Source of the DNA: a virus
Taxonomy: Duplodnaviria > Caudoviricetes
Length of the DNA: 37,864 bases
IMG/VR virus record: IMGVR_UViG_3300017700_000558
Location: 1 to 37,864 of that record
Reading direction: 5' to 3' (one strand)
The position numbers and the translations under genes are program-made. Under the pieces are notes generated by a model. That model did not search any database and had not been told where the DNA came from. It was given only the letters and a program-made list of their open reading frames with translations. This document shows, piece after piece, positions 18,484 to 27,457 of the stretch; the stretch's first letter is position 1; each line of letters opens with the position of its first letter.

Positions 18484-18531
18484 CGCCCCCGCGCAGCTCA
18501 CCTCGCGCTGTTGCGGGGGCGTTTTTCATTT
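18484..18531 (+). terminator. Intrinsic terminator ending the structural/lysis operon
   Basis: cgcccccgc (18484-18492) pairs with gcgggggcg (18513-18521), followed by TTTTTCATTT. Confidence 0.85.
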
Positions 18532-18570
18532 GTTCAGTAGTGACCCATAACTCTAATAATGGAGCAGGCG

Positions 18571-18586
18571 TGCTAATATCGGCACC
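18571..18586 (+). promoter_or_regulatory. Putative extended -10 promoter (TGc-TAATAT) for a leaderless helicase transcript
   Basis: TGn-TANNNT ends 7 nt before ATG18587, with no SD close to the ATG. Confidence 0.5.
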
Positions 18587-19876
18587 ATGACAGACAACTA
18601 CGCCGCATTATTGGCGAAGCGAACAGCAAAAGCCAAACGTATCGGGGTCACAGTTTTACCCGGCGACCTACACCCATCACTCATGCCCTTTCAGGTTGAC
18701 GTAGTGACATGGGCAGCTCATGTCGGATGCCCCGCAATATGGGCTGATACCGGGTTGGGCAAAACTCGCATGCAACTTGAATGGTGCAGAGTCATGGGAG
18801 AAACAACTCTGGTTGTCACAACCCTTGCGGTCGCGTTGCAGACCATCGAGGAAGCATCGGTCATCGATCTTGAATCGCGGTATGTGCGCTCGTCGTCTGA
18901 GATAGCTGGCCCCGGCGTGTATGTCACCAATTACGAGATGGTGAGTTCATTCGACCCAACAAAATTTGATGCTGTGGCGCTCGATGAGGCATCCATCCTC
19001 AAGCAGTCGGACGGCAAGACCCGCACCCTGCTGATCGAGCACTTCTCTGTCGTGCCCTACCGGTCGACGTGGACTGCCACACCCGCGCCGAACGACCCCG
19101 AGGAACTCACCAACCAGGCGGAGTTCCTCGGTCAGATGACCCGCACCAACATGCTCGCCGCGTACTTCGTGCACGATCAGGACGGCTGGCGCATGAAGGG
19201 CCATGCGCACGAGCCGATGATCGAGTGGATGAGCTCGTGGGCGCTCGCGATCCGTCGCCCCTCCGACCTCGGGTATGCCGATGAAGGATACATATTGCCG
19301 GGGCTAAAAGTAATCCCTGAAATGGTACATGTCGAAATTGAGGCCGCACCAGACGAACTATTCGCAACAACGATCGGCGGGGTATCTGGAAGATCAAAAG
19401 TACGCAGGCAAACTCTCGCGGCTCGCGTTGCCCGCGCAGTTGCGCTGGTGGAGTCAGAACCTAATGAGGCTTGGTTGCTGTGGTGTGGCATGAATGATGA
19501 AGCCGAAGCGCTCGCCGCAGCGATCCCCGGTTCCGTCAATGTCCACGGTTCGATGACTCCCGAGCAGAAAGCCGAAAAGCTGCTGGAATTTGCTCACGGT
19601 GACCTACAGATCCTTATTACCAAGCCGTCTATCGCGGGCATGGGCCTCAACTTTCAGAAAGCAGCTCGCATGGCCTTCGTAGGGCTCTCCGACTCATATG
19701 AGGACTACTACCAGTGCATGCGCCGCCAGTACCGGTTCGGGCAGCAGCGCGTCGTGCATGCTCATATCATCTTGTCTGAGATTGAGGGGCAGATCGCAGA
19801 GAACGTGCGCCGCAAAGAGAAGCAGGCGAACCGCATTGTTGACGGACTTATCAAACACATTAGGAAGGCATCATGA
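18587..19876 (+). CDS. SF2 (SNF2-like) DNA helicase
   Basis: ADTGLGKT, LDEAS, TATPAPND, GMGLNFQ and Q..RR.YRFGQ motifs. Confidence 0.9.
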   Translation: MTDNYAALLAKRTAKAKRIGVTVLPGDLHPSLMPFQVDVVTWAAHVGCPAIWADTGLGKTRMQLEWCRVMGETTLVVTTLAVALQTIEEASVIDLESRYVRSSSEIAGPGVYVTNYEMVSSFDPTKFDAVALDEASILKQSDGKTRTLLIEHFSVVPYRSTWTATPAPNDPEELTNQAEFLGQMTRTNMLAAYFVHDQDGWRMKGHAHEPMIEWMSSWALAIRRPSDLGYADEGYILPGLKVIPEMVHVEIEAAPDELFATTIGGVSGRSKVRRQTLAARVARAVALVESEPNEAWLLWCGMNDEAEALAAAIPGSVNVHGSMTPEQKAEKLLEFAHGDLQILITKPSIAGMGLNFQKAARMAFVGLSDSYEDYYQCMRRQYRFGQQRVVHAHIILSEIEGQIAENVRRKEKQANRIVDGLIKHIRKAS

Positions 19877-20778
19877 GCAACAACGACGCATATGTAACTG
19901 ACCAAGCTAAGGGCAGCGCATGGGAATTCTGGCTAGGGGACTCGGGGGAGAGGCTTGCAGAGGTTCCAACTGAAAGCGTGCATCTTTCCGTTTATAGCCC
20001 CCCTTTTCAGTCTCTTTACACATACTCAGCGAGCATCCGCGACATGGGGAACTCGCTCGGGTGGGATGACTTTTTCGAGCAATACAGCTACATCATCCGC
20101 GAGAACCTCCGCGCCACGGTGCCCGGTGGGATCGCGTGCGTTCACGTCTCCGACGTTGCCTACATGAAAGGACGCGACGGCCGCACCGGCCTAAAAGACT
20201 TCTCCGGAGAAGTAATCCGCGCCTACGAGCGGGAGGGGTGGGAATTTGAGGCTCGCGTCACCGTTGACAAAGATCCCCAGGCGCAGGCGATCCGCACCAA
20301 AGCTCATCACCTGATGTTTGTGACCAAAAACAAAGACTCATCCAAGTCATCCCCAGCAATGCCCGATTACCTTCTTCTTTTCAAGAAGGCAGGGGAACGT
20401 TATGCCCCGGTGAAAACGGACGTAACAAATGAAGAGTGGATCGAGTGGGCACGCCCCATCTGGTACAACATCCGCGAGTCGAACACTCTCAATGCACGTA
20501 TCGCTCGCGAGTCCGACGATGAACGCCACCTCACCCCGCTGCAGCTTGATTTCATTGAGCGGTGCGTGCGGTTGTGGTCGAACCCCGGCGAGCTCGTATT
20601 TTCTGCATTTGGTGGAGTTGGTTCCGAGCTTTACGTTGCAGTCAAGAACGGACGGCGGGCGCTTGGAATCGAGTTGAAGGCCTCTTACTGGAATACCGGA
20701 TGCCAGTACCTTGCTGAGTTGGAAACAGAAATCGCCCAGCCAACATTCGACATGGAGGAACCAGTTGAGTTTGCCTGA
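19873..20778 (+). CDS. DNA amino-methyltransferase (N4-C/N6-A, beta class)
   Basis: Motif IV SPPF near the N-terminus. H.TPLQ and F.G.GS motif I near the C-terminus. Confidence 0.88.
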   Translation: MSNNDAYVTDQAKGSAWEFWLGDSGERLAEVPTESVHLSVYSPPFQSLYTYSASIRDMGNSLGWDDFFEQYSYIIRENLRATVPGGIACVHVSDVAYMKGRDGRTGLKDFSGEVIRAYEREGWEFEARVTVDKDPQAQAIRTKAHHLMFVTKNKDSSKSSPAMPDYLLLFKKAGERYAPVKTDVTNEEWIEWARPIWYNIRESNTLNARIARESDDERHLTPLQLDFIERCVRLWSNPGELVFSAFGGVGSELYVAVKNGRRALGIELKASYWNTGCQYLAELETEIAQPTFDMEEPVEFA

Positions 20779-21565
20779 CCAGTTCATCGAGTGGGCCGAG
20801 AAAGACCGCCGCCGTTCCCCCCATACGATAGCCAGATACAAAGCCGTCATAGGGCTCGTATTTCCTGCCTATGGTGAACCTGAAACCATCGACACCGAAG
20901 CAATCGAGGCATGGTGGCAGACCCGCTACGAAATGTCCCCCGGCACACAAGCCAACGAGCTCGCCTGCCTCCGCTCATTCTTCAAATGGGCAACCAAGTT
21001 CGACCACCGCACGGACGACCCCACCCGCCGGCTAGATGCACCGAAAATCCCAAATAAGGTTCCCAGGATGATCGGGCGCGGCGATCTCGAACGGCTATTA
21101 GGGGAGCTGACCGAAGAAGCACCAGACCTCAAGCGTGCGTTTGCGCTCGGTGGGTACGGGGGGTTGCGGGTGTCAGAGTGTGCGGAGTTGGATTGGGCTG
21201 ACATTGACGTTGAAGCTCGACGCATCTTCGTCAGGGGTAAGGGCATGAAGGAGCGTCCTGTGCCCCTCTCCGCCGTCCTACTCGACTACCTGCTTCCCGA
21301 CACTGGCGGGAACGTTCTAACGGGCGGTGGTGGGGCGTACACGGGCGCTACGTTGCAACGTAAAGTGAACCGGCTCATGGCCCGTCACGGTATCAAGCAC
21401 ACATTCCACGATATGCGGAAACGGGGCGCATCGATCGCTTTGTCGAAGGGGGCGAACCCTGCTGCTGTGCGCACAATGTTTGGGTGGTCTTCGATGGAGA
21501 CGGTCACCCACTATGCAGTTGTTGGTGATGCGGAACTGGATCGCATTGCAGAGATGTTGGTGTAG
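20771..21565 (+). CDS. Tyrosine recombinase/integrase, short, with no arm-binding domain
   Basis: GLRVSE, GKG.KER, FHDMR, FGW and THY catalytic motifs. TTG20771 follows GGAGG and overlaps the MTase stop. Confidence 0.88.
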   Translation: MPDQFIEWAEKDRRRSPHTIARYKAVIGLVFPAYGEPETIDTEAIEAWWQTRYEMSPGTQANELACLRSFFKWATKFDHRTDDPTRRLDAPKIPNKVPRMIGRGDLERLLGELTEEAPDLKRAFALGGYGGLRVSECAELDWADIDVEARRIFVRGKGMKERPVPLSAVLLDYLLPDTGGNVLTGGGGAYTGATLQRKVNRLMARHGIKHTFHDMRKRGASIALSKGANPAAVRTMFGWSSMETVTHYAVVGDAELDRIAEMLV

Positions 21566-21580
21566 CAGGTGAAATGCTTG

Positions 21581-21609
21581 TTGCAAATGTCGGTGCTACG
21601 TGGGAGACT
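21581..21609 (+). promoter_or_regulatory. Possible early promoter TTGCAA-N17-GAGACT
   Basis: Near-consensus -35, 17-bp spacer and TG extension. The -10 is imperfect. Confidence 0.3.
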
Positions 21610-21615
21610 CATTTC

Positions 21616-21774
21616 ATGCAAACAAGTGAGCTGCTAACAGCGAAAGAGAAAGCCGAAGAACTCGGAATCTCTCGCGCAACCCTGACCCGTCGTGTGCAAG
21701 CCGGCAAAATTGTGCCCGCTTATCGTGGCGCTGGTGATAACGGGGTAACACTTTTTACTCCCGAACCCCACTAG
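21616..21774 (+). CDS. Small HTH protein (excisionase/Cro-like)
   Basis: LLTAKE.AEELGISRATLTRRV.AG pattern, directly after the recombinase. Confidence 0.75.
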   Translation: MQTSELLTAKEKAEELGISRATLTRRVQAGKIVPAYRGAGDNGVTLFTPEPH

Positions 21775-21884
21775 ACCGGGGGTGTTTGTTGTCGTACCGC
21801 GACCCCCAAGACAGGCACCCCTCCCCTTAAAGCAGTAACTCCCAGCGGCTAACTGGGGGAAACCACAAACAGGAAGACCGTGTG

Positions 21885-22151
21885 ATGGTCCAAACAAATA
21901 TTACCCCGTTGCTGTATTCAGTGTTCGTTGATGGTGCCCTCTTTGATTCGACTTTTGAGTCTGGGGAGGTGTTGGCGATCAATGGGCGTGCGTACCGGTT
22001 GTTTCCGAACGAGTTGCCGTCGTTGGTGGTTGCGCCGGCGAGAGCTTGTGGGTCGTGCGGGAAGCCGATCCGTGACACCGCTACTGGGTGGGTTCATCCG
22101 GACGGGGTGACGGACTGCTACACGGAGAACCTCGCGGGGGTGAACTCGTGA
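21885..22151 (+). CDS. Hypothetical protein with C-terminal CxxC...WVH...C motif
   Basis: ORF with upstream AGGA, coupled to the next gene. Confidence 0.55.
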   Translation: MVQTNITPLLYSVFVDGALFDSTFESGEVLAINGRAYRLFPNELPSLVVAPARACGSCGKPIRDTATGWVHPDGVTDCYTENLAGVNS

Positions 22152-22309
22152 TCGCGGCACTCCCTTTTATCATCGTTGGCTGGTTGTTCGTGGCCGCTGC
22201 GATTTTGGCATCATGGCGCGATTTCATGTCGGACTGGGTGCTAGTTTTCGGCGTTCTGGCTGCCGTATCCCTTTGGGTAGCTATCCCCGTTTGGGTGGTG
22301 AACTCGTGA
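22148..22309 (+). CDS. Small two-TM membrane protein
   Basis: Hydrophobic segments, GTGA overlaps at both ends. Confidence 0.6.
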   Translation: MIAALPFIIVGWLFVAAAILASWRDFMSDWVLVFGVLAAVSLWVAIPVWVVNS

Positions 22310-22578
22310 GCGCGTTGGGTGTGGATATTGATTTGCGTGAGGACTTCCTCGAAGACCACTGGGCAGACGAACTTCGATGCCAATCAGAACACCTTGGCGC
22401 AACGCATCCCGCTTGCACAATCACAGTCGTGGGTAAGCGAACAGTTACTTGCTTGCCTAAAGACGTTCTCGTTTGCGCAGCTTCCTACAGGTGGAGTTTT
22501 GCGCGGATGGAGCTTGGGACTCGGTGCGCATACTGCAAGCGGTTTAGTGCTGAGTGCTGGTCGGTGATCCCTGTATGA
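22306..22578 (+). CDS. Hypothetical Cys-rich protein
   Basis: GTGA/ATGA coupling on both sides. Confidence 0.55.
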   Translation: MSALGVDIDLREDFLEDHWADELRCQSEHLGATHPACTITVVGKRTVTCLPKDVLVCAASYRWSFARMELGTRCAYCKRFSAECWSVIPV

Positions 22579-22928
22579 GCGATCTCGCCCTCTTCCCTGC
22601 CGACCTAACTGTCCCGGTGATTCACAACTTGTTTGGTGTGGATGCGCCCCGTACCCGCCGAACCGATCCCCGCGAGAGTCACGCCGCTGCGGACAGTAAC
22701 GATGTGCACGGTTCACGTGCCGTCGTACTCGCCGCATTCACCCAACGAACCCACTTCGCAGACCACGAACTAGTCGAATACCTCATCGGTTCCCACTTCA
22801 CCCCCCAACGAATCCGCACCGCCAGGCACGAGCTCGCAGAGTCCGGCTTGTTAGTGGTGTCGGGTCAATCGAAAACTCCTAGCGGCAGATCGTGCCGTGT
22901 TTGGACACTCAGAAAGGACGCAGCATGA
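22575..22928 (+). CDS. Winged-HTH-like DNA-binding protein
   Basis: RRTDP.ESH.AA and R.RT.R.EL...GL....G...TPSGR...VW motifs common in phage proteins. Confidence 0.65.
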   Translation: MSDLALFPADLTVPVIHNLFGVDAPRTRRTDPRESHAAADSNDVHGSRAVVLAAFTQRTHFADHELVEYLIGSHFTPQRIRTARHELAESGLLVVSGQSKTPSGRSCRVWTLRKDAA

Positions 22929-23083
22929 CCGCCCGAATTCTCGAAGTTGATTCGAAAACAATCACCATCGCACTCGATCTTCGCGACTCCGCGCACATGA
23001 ACAACGAGACATATCTCGTCATGAACAAGGAAGTGGCCGAAGACCTCATGCACGCACTTGAAGGATGGAAGGACGAGCGATGA
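22925..23083 (+). CDS. Hypothetical protein
   Basis: GAAAGGA RBS and ATGA coupling. Confidence 0.6.
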   Translation: MTARILEVDSKTITIALDLRDSAHMNNETYLVMNKEVAEDLMHALEGWKDER

Positions 23084-23235
23084 GTACCGCCGCCGATATG
23101 AACAACCCCACCAGAACGATCAGTGTCGATCAGTCAGGGGAGCTCGTACACCTGACGGTCGTTGATTCTGACAGCTTCATGCTGCTCACCTTGTCTCGGG
23201 TTGAGTGGGATTACCTTGTGGCAGGTGTCGCATGA
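23080..23235 (+). CDS. Hypothetical protein (51 aa, not in ORF track)
   Basis: Hand-translated MSTAADMNNPTRTIS...LVAGVA. ATGA overlaps at both ends and AAGGA RBS. Confidence 0.55.
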   Translation: MSTAADMNNPTRTISVDQSGELVHLTVVDSDSFMLLTLSRVEWDYLVAGVA

Positions 23236-23495
23236 CCGCCCGCATTGTTACACGGTTCGGCACCCCGGTCAGCACTGCTGCCCTTTCTGGACATGCGGCA
23301 GCCACACGCCTCCATCTTGAGCGCCCCCTGAACCATGCACGCCACGGCGCTAAGGGGCAACTGTGGGAGCGTCTAGCGGAACAGGACACAACCCCCCCGA
23401 TCCTCCCCTCGTGGTTGTGGGATGGTGGACGACCTGTTGACGATGACGACCTGTACAGGAAACAACGCATCGAAGACGAAATGGCAGGTGACTGA
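23232..23495 (+). CDS. Hypothetical protein
   Basis: ATGA coupling with the upstream gene. Confidence 0.55.
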   Translation: MTARIVTRFGTPVSTAALSGHAAATRLHLERPLNHARHGAKGQLWERLAEQDTTPPILPSWLWDGGRPVDDDDLYRKQRIEDEMAGD

Positions 23496-23496
23496 T

Positions 23497-23835
23497 ATGA
23501 GCGCTGTAGAAGAAATTCAGGCGGCAATTACGAAGCTGACCGATCTGCGAACGTTGGCGGTTTCCCAACCACTAAGCGTCTATGAACGCGACTCGCTTCT
23601 GGTTGTAGTCGGTGAGGCAGAGGATGATGACGCACCGATTCTGTTTGACGTGTCCCGCGCTGGCGGTTCCGCTGATGCACACATGATCGTCACGCTCTAT
23701 CGCACCATCGACGCGCAACTAGCGATCCTGCGCGAGGTTGTCACCGCGTCCACGATCGAGCAGAACTGGGTCACTCTCGTCTACACAGAGACGGCCCTCG
23801 CGTTGGCTCGCGCAATAAATGGAGTGTCCGCGTGA
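23497..23835 (+). CDS. Hypothetical protein
   Basis: MSAVEEIQAAI.KL..L...LYRTIDAQLAIL...ALALARAING pattern. AGGTGA upstream. Confidence 0.6.
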   Translation: MSAVEEIQAAITKLTDLRTLAVSQPLSVYERDSLLVVVGEAEDDDAPILFDVSRAGGSADAHMIVTLYRTIDAQLAILREVVTASTIEQNWVTLVYTETALALARAINGVSA

Positions 23836-23930
23836 ACGGGCACATTACTGCCGGGTTCTGGGTGGTCGCTGGTCTGTTCCTGTTTGTGATCGGGTGCGGT
23901 GTTGTTGCCGTCATCCTCGGCGGTGCCTGA
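23832..23930 (+). CDS. 32-aa single-TM peptide (not in ORF track)
   Basis: Hand-translated MNGHITAGFWVVAGLFLFVIGCGVVAVILGGA. GGAG RBS, coupled on both sides. Confidence 0.5.
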   Translation: MNGHITAGFWVVAGLFLFVIGCGVVAVILGGA

Positions 23931-24085
23931 TGGGTCGCCCACAGATTTGGAACGCCTTCATGCTCATCCTCATCACCTGCATGATCGCCATCGCCATCCA
24001 CAACCCCGGCAATAAAGGCATCGATCACACACCAAACATTCAACTCCCCACACTCGAGCCATACAACGAAGAAACCCCCAAATGA
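23930..24085 (+). CDS. Small membrane protein
   Basis: TM segment, TGATG/ATGA coupling. Confidence 0.5.
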   Translation: MGRPQIWNAFMLILITCMIAIAIHNPGNKGIDHTPNIQLPTLEPYNEETPK

Positions 24086-24951
24086 CCTACACCAACGAAA
24101 TAGTCCTCGGACTAGGCGAAGACATCTACCACGCCCACCCCGCCCTCAGCTCCACCGGCGCAAGACAACTCCTACCCGAATACAAAGGCTCACCCAAAAA
24201 ATTCCAATGGGAACAAACCCACAAACGAACCTCAACCGCCTTCGAGATCGGCCACGCAACACACAGCAAAGTCCTAGGAGTCGGCGCAGGAATTGTTCTC
24301 TACCCGCCCGAACACCTCACCCCCAGCGGCAACCCCTCCACCAAAAAAGAAACCGTCGCATGGGAGGTTGAGCAACGCACAGCCGGATACACAATCGTTT
24401 CCCCCGACGACGCAAAACGAGTCGATGCGATGGCTGAGGCCGTCCTCAACCACCCCACAGCACGCCCACTATTCGAAGTCTGCGATATGCGCGAAGCATC
24501 CGTATTCGCAGACATCGACGGTGTACCAGTACGCGCCAGGTTCGACGCACTCTCAGCAGAAACACGGAACGGCACTTACGCCGTTGACCTGAAAACCACT
24601 GACGACGCAACACCAAACGGCTTCACAAGATCCGTTCACAAATGGGGGTACCCAGTGCAGGTTGCCCATTACGACGAGGTCCACAAAGCAGCTACCGGGC
24701 GCGGTATCGACGAGTTCTGGATTGTTGCGGTCGAGAAGGCCGGCCCGCACGAGGTTGGCGTTTACCAGATCGAACCGTACTGGGTGGACATGGCACGAGC
24801 GAAAACAGCAGCAGCCCGCCGCATCTTCGCAGAGTGCACCGCGTCTGGTGTCTGGCCGGGGTACGACGAAACCCCACAAACACTCACCGCGCCAGCGTGG
24901 GCGGTCATTGAGCACGAGATGCAGTACGAGAGCGCGGAGATCAACGTCTAA
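24082..24951 (+). CDS. RecE/exonuclease VIII-like PD-(D/E)xK nuclease
   Basis: YHA.PALSST, G.A.H..VL, RARFD, VDLKTT, Y..Q.A.Y, AVEK and WPGY motifs. Confidence 0.88.
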   Translation: MTYTNEIVLGLGEDIYHAHPALSSTGARQLLPEYKGSPKKFQWEQTHKRTSTAFEIGHATHSKVLGVGAGIVLYPPEHLTPSGNPSTKKETVAWEVEQRTAGYTIVSPDDAKRVDAMAEAVLNHPTARPLFEVCDMREASVFADIDGVPVRARFDALSAETRNGTYAVDLKTTDDATPNGFTRSVHKWGYPVQVAHYDEVHKAATGRGIDEFWIVAVEKAGPHEVGVYQIEPYWVDMARAKTAAARRIFAECTASGVWPGYDETPQTLTAPAWAVIEHEMQYESAEINV

Positions 24952-25595
24952 TGGACATCCTCAAAACCACCGAACCGGATTCTGCGCAGCAGAACTATGA
25001 CGACTACATGAGCGCACCCAAGACGGTCACGGTGTCTCAGGTAAAGAGCGGCACCAAAGAACAACCCCTCGAGCTCCACCTAACCGAGTTCCCCGGCCGT
25101 CCGTACAAGCCCGGTAAGTCGATGCGCCGTGTACTCGTTGCGGCATGGGGGCCCGAAGCGTCTGTGTACGTTGGCCGCAAGCTGACCCTCTACGGCGACC
25201 CCACCATCCGGTTCGGGAAAGACGCGGTCGGGGGCATCAGAATTTCTCATTTGAGCCACATCGACAAGCCCCTAGAAATCCCTCTCACGGTCACAAGGGG
25301 GCAACGTAAACCGTTCGTCGTGCAACCCCTGAACGTCCCAGAGAAGCCCGATCAGAGCGTTGTGGATGCGGTTCTAGCTGACCTTATGTCTGCGTCGTCG
25401 CTCGAGTCGTTGAAAGCTGCATGGGATCTCGCCGGTGTGCGTGGTGTCCAGTCGCACTCTGACTTGATCGCCGCGAAAGATGCACGCAAAACGGAACTGA
25501 CCGCAACTGTTCGGAATCCCCGAACTGTTGCCCCTTCCCCGGCGACATCACTAATGCGCACCCAATCAACCCCCGACGAAACCCCTGCCTCGTGA
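24951..25595 (+). CDS. Conserved partner of the RecE-like nuclease (putative ssDNA-binding/annealing protein)
   Basis: PYKP.KSMRRVL..AWG and GGIRISHLSHI motifs. Function inferred from synteny only. Confidence 0.55.
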   Translation: MDILKTTEPDSAQQNYDDYMSAPKTVTVSQVKSGTKEQPLELHLTEFPGRPYKPGKSMRRVLVAAWGPEASVYVGRKLTLYGDPTIRFGKDAVGGIRISHLSHIDKPLEIPLTVTRGQRKPFVVQPLNVPEKPDQSVVDAVLADLMSASSLESLKAAWDLAGVRGVQSHSDLIAAKDARKTELTATVRNPRTVAPSPATSLMRTQSTPDETPAS

Positions 25596-26569
25596 TTGTT
25601 TCCACCCCCAACCAGCCACTACGGATCGGTGAATTGTTTGCCGGTTACGGGGGGCTTGGTATGGGTGTTCAAGCAGTTTTGGGTGGTGAGGTCGTGTGGT
25701 TCTCAGAGTTCGACCCGGCACCGTCGAAGATCCTTGCCCATCATTGGCCGGACGTTCCGAACCACGGCGACATAACCAAGATCGACTGGTTGACCGTTGA
25801 ACCGGTGGACGTTCTGACGGGCGGTTTTCCGTGCCAAGACGTTTCGTTGGCCGGCGCTCGTGCCGGTATCCGTGAGGGTACTAGGTCGGGTTTGTGGTCA
25901 GAGTTTGCACGCGCTATCGAAGCACTTCAACCCAGATTGGTCGTTATAGAAAATGTCAGAGGCTTACTCTCCGCTTCGGCGGCTGGCCCAATGGAATCCG
26001 ATCCGTGGGGGGTGGGAGACGGAGGTGCACGATCTGTTGTCAACGCGCTCGGAGCTGTTCTTGGAGACTTGGCCGACCTCGGGTATGACGCGGAGTGGTG
26101 TGGTGTACGAGCTGCCGACGCGGGAGCTCCCCACGGACGATTCCGTGTCTTCATCGTTGCCTACCCCCAGAGCGTCGAGGGGCGCATCGGGTACGGAGAC
26201 GATGTACAAACTGGGCGGGGAACGCTCGGACGAGTCGAGGCCGCAGGGGGTGGTGATTTTGCCGACACCGCGAACAACAGACATGAACGGAGCGGGAGCG
26301 CACGGTACGGGCGGGCCGGACTTGCGGACAGTGGTAGCGGAGCACCTACTGCCGACGCCAGCGGCGAACGACTCGGGGAACACCCCGGAGAATCACCTGC
26401 GCAAGAAACCCGGCCGGCAAGTAGTGACCTCGCTCATGGTGCTGGTAGATCACGGGCTGATAGCGACGGGCGGGCGACTACTCCCAACGCCAACGACTCA
26501 GGACGCAACAAACAACGGGGGGGCATCACAAGCGTTGAGGAACACCCCCCCCCTCAACTACGTCGCTAA
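25592..26569 (+). CDS. C5-cytosine DNA methyltransferase, alpha part (motifs I-VIII)
   Basis: ELFAGYGG, GFPCQD, ENV and PH.R.RVF motifs. Lacks motifs IX-X. Confidence 0.9.
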   Translation: MIVSTPNQPLRIGELFAGYGGLGMGVQAVLGGEVVWFSEFDPAPSKILAHHWPDVPNHGDITKIDWLTVEPVDVLTGGFPCQDVSLAGARAGIREGTRSGLWSEFARAIEALQPRLVVIENVRGLLSASAAGPMESDPWGVGDGGARSVVNALGAVLGDLADLGYDAEWCGVRAADAGAPHGRFRVFIVAYPQSVEGRIGYGDDVQTGRGTLGRVEAAGGGDFADTANNRHERSGSARYGRAGLADSGSGAPTADASGERLGEHPGESPAQETRPASSDLAHGAGRSRADSDGRATTPNANDSGRNKQRGGITSVEEHPPPQLRR

Positions 26570-27041
26570 CACTCTTTCCAACACCAGTCGCATCGGAGGG
26601 CACGAAAGCGACCACGCTGCAGGGCAGCAAGGAGAAAGCACTCACCGGTCAGGTGTGGTTGACGAACATAGCGCACGACCTGGCGCAACTGAATGGGGAG
26701 TTTACGAACCCGCGATCCGACGGTGGGAACAAGTAACCGGACGCATCGCGCCACCACCAACCAACCCAGACGGCAAAAACGGGTCACATCGACTCTCAGC
26801 CCGGTTCGTGGAATGGATGCAAGGGCTACCTGACGGGCATATAACTGGTGAATCGGTCGAGCAATGGCGGGAACGTCTTCGCCTACGCCGATTCGATACG
26901 CGACCAATCGGCCACAGGGGAAGCCTCATGAGACGCGGCCCCGAACTGACCCGCAATGAGCAGTTGAAAGCTCTCGGGAACGGGGTTGTGCCGGCGCAAG
27001 CTGAACTCGCTCTCCGCATGATCCTTGGGGGCACAGCATGA
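25953..27041 (+). CDS. C5-methyltransferase beta part (LPTP repeats, motifs IX-X) in the overlapping +1 frame
   Basis: RLSARFVEWMQGLP and LKALGNGVVPAQA at the C-terminus. Coupled to the next gene by ATGA. Confidence 0.8.
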   Translation: MSEAYSPLRRLAQWNPIRGGWETEVHDLLSTRSELFLETWPTSGMTRSGVVYELPTRELPTDDSVSSSLPTPRASRGASGTETMYKLGGERSDESRPQGVVILPTPRTTDMNGAGAHGTGGPDLRTVVAEHLLPTPAANDSGNTPENHLRKKPGRQVVTSLMVLVDHGLIATGGRLLPTPTTQDATNNGGASQALRNTPPLNYVANTLSNTSRIGGHESDHAAGQQGESTHRSGVVDEHSARPGATEWGVYEPAIRRWEQVTGRIAPPPTNPDGKNGSHRLSARFVEWMQGLPDGHITGESVEQWRERLRLRRFDTRPIGHRGSLMRRGPELTRNEQLKALGNGVVPAQAELALRMILGGTA

Positions 27042-27457
27042 GCGAACCATCCCGTAAAACAACAACTCTCATCGATGCACGCGACAACCAGGCGTGTGTG
27101 AGGTGTGGGGTGAGTTTGGAGGTGGTGTCGGGGTCGAGGCATCACCGTAAACCGCGTGCAATTGGTGGGCATGGTGTTGCGAACCTGATCCTGTTGTGTG
27201 GTTCTGGGGTCACTGGGTGTCATGGGTGGGTTCACGCGCACCCGGTGAGAGCGGTCGCGGCTGGTCTGATAATCCCCGGCAACAACCGTGCACAACCCTC
27301 TGGTGTGCCCGTGCTGGTGCGGTGGTTGGGGGTGGAACCTCACCAGTCACATGTTTGGGTTCTGCTCGCAGACGACGGCACACGAGTCCGTGTTTCTGAG
27401 GGTCACGCCCAAGAACTATTAGCCCTATACGGGCTCCTACCGATCGGCAACCAATGA
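27038..27457 (+). CDS. HNH endonuclease-like protein
   Basis: RD...CVRCG, HHRKPR and NLILLCGSG.TGCHGWVH motifs. Confidence 0.8.
   Translation: MSEPSRKTTTLIDARDNQACVRCGVSLEVVSGSRHHRKPRAIGGHGVANLILLCGSGVTGCHGWVHAHPVRAVAAGLIIPGNNRAQPSGVPVLVRWLGVEPHQSHVWVLLADDGTRVRVSEGHAQELLALYGLLPIGNQ

Noticed and set aside
18530-21626. Helicase-MTase-recombinase block as an invertible element
   Set aside because: Only short matches (8 nt or less) were seen between the two flanks, with no convincing inverted repeat.
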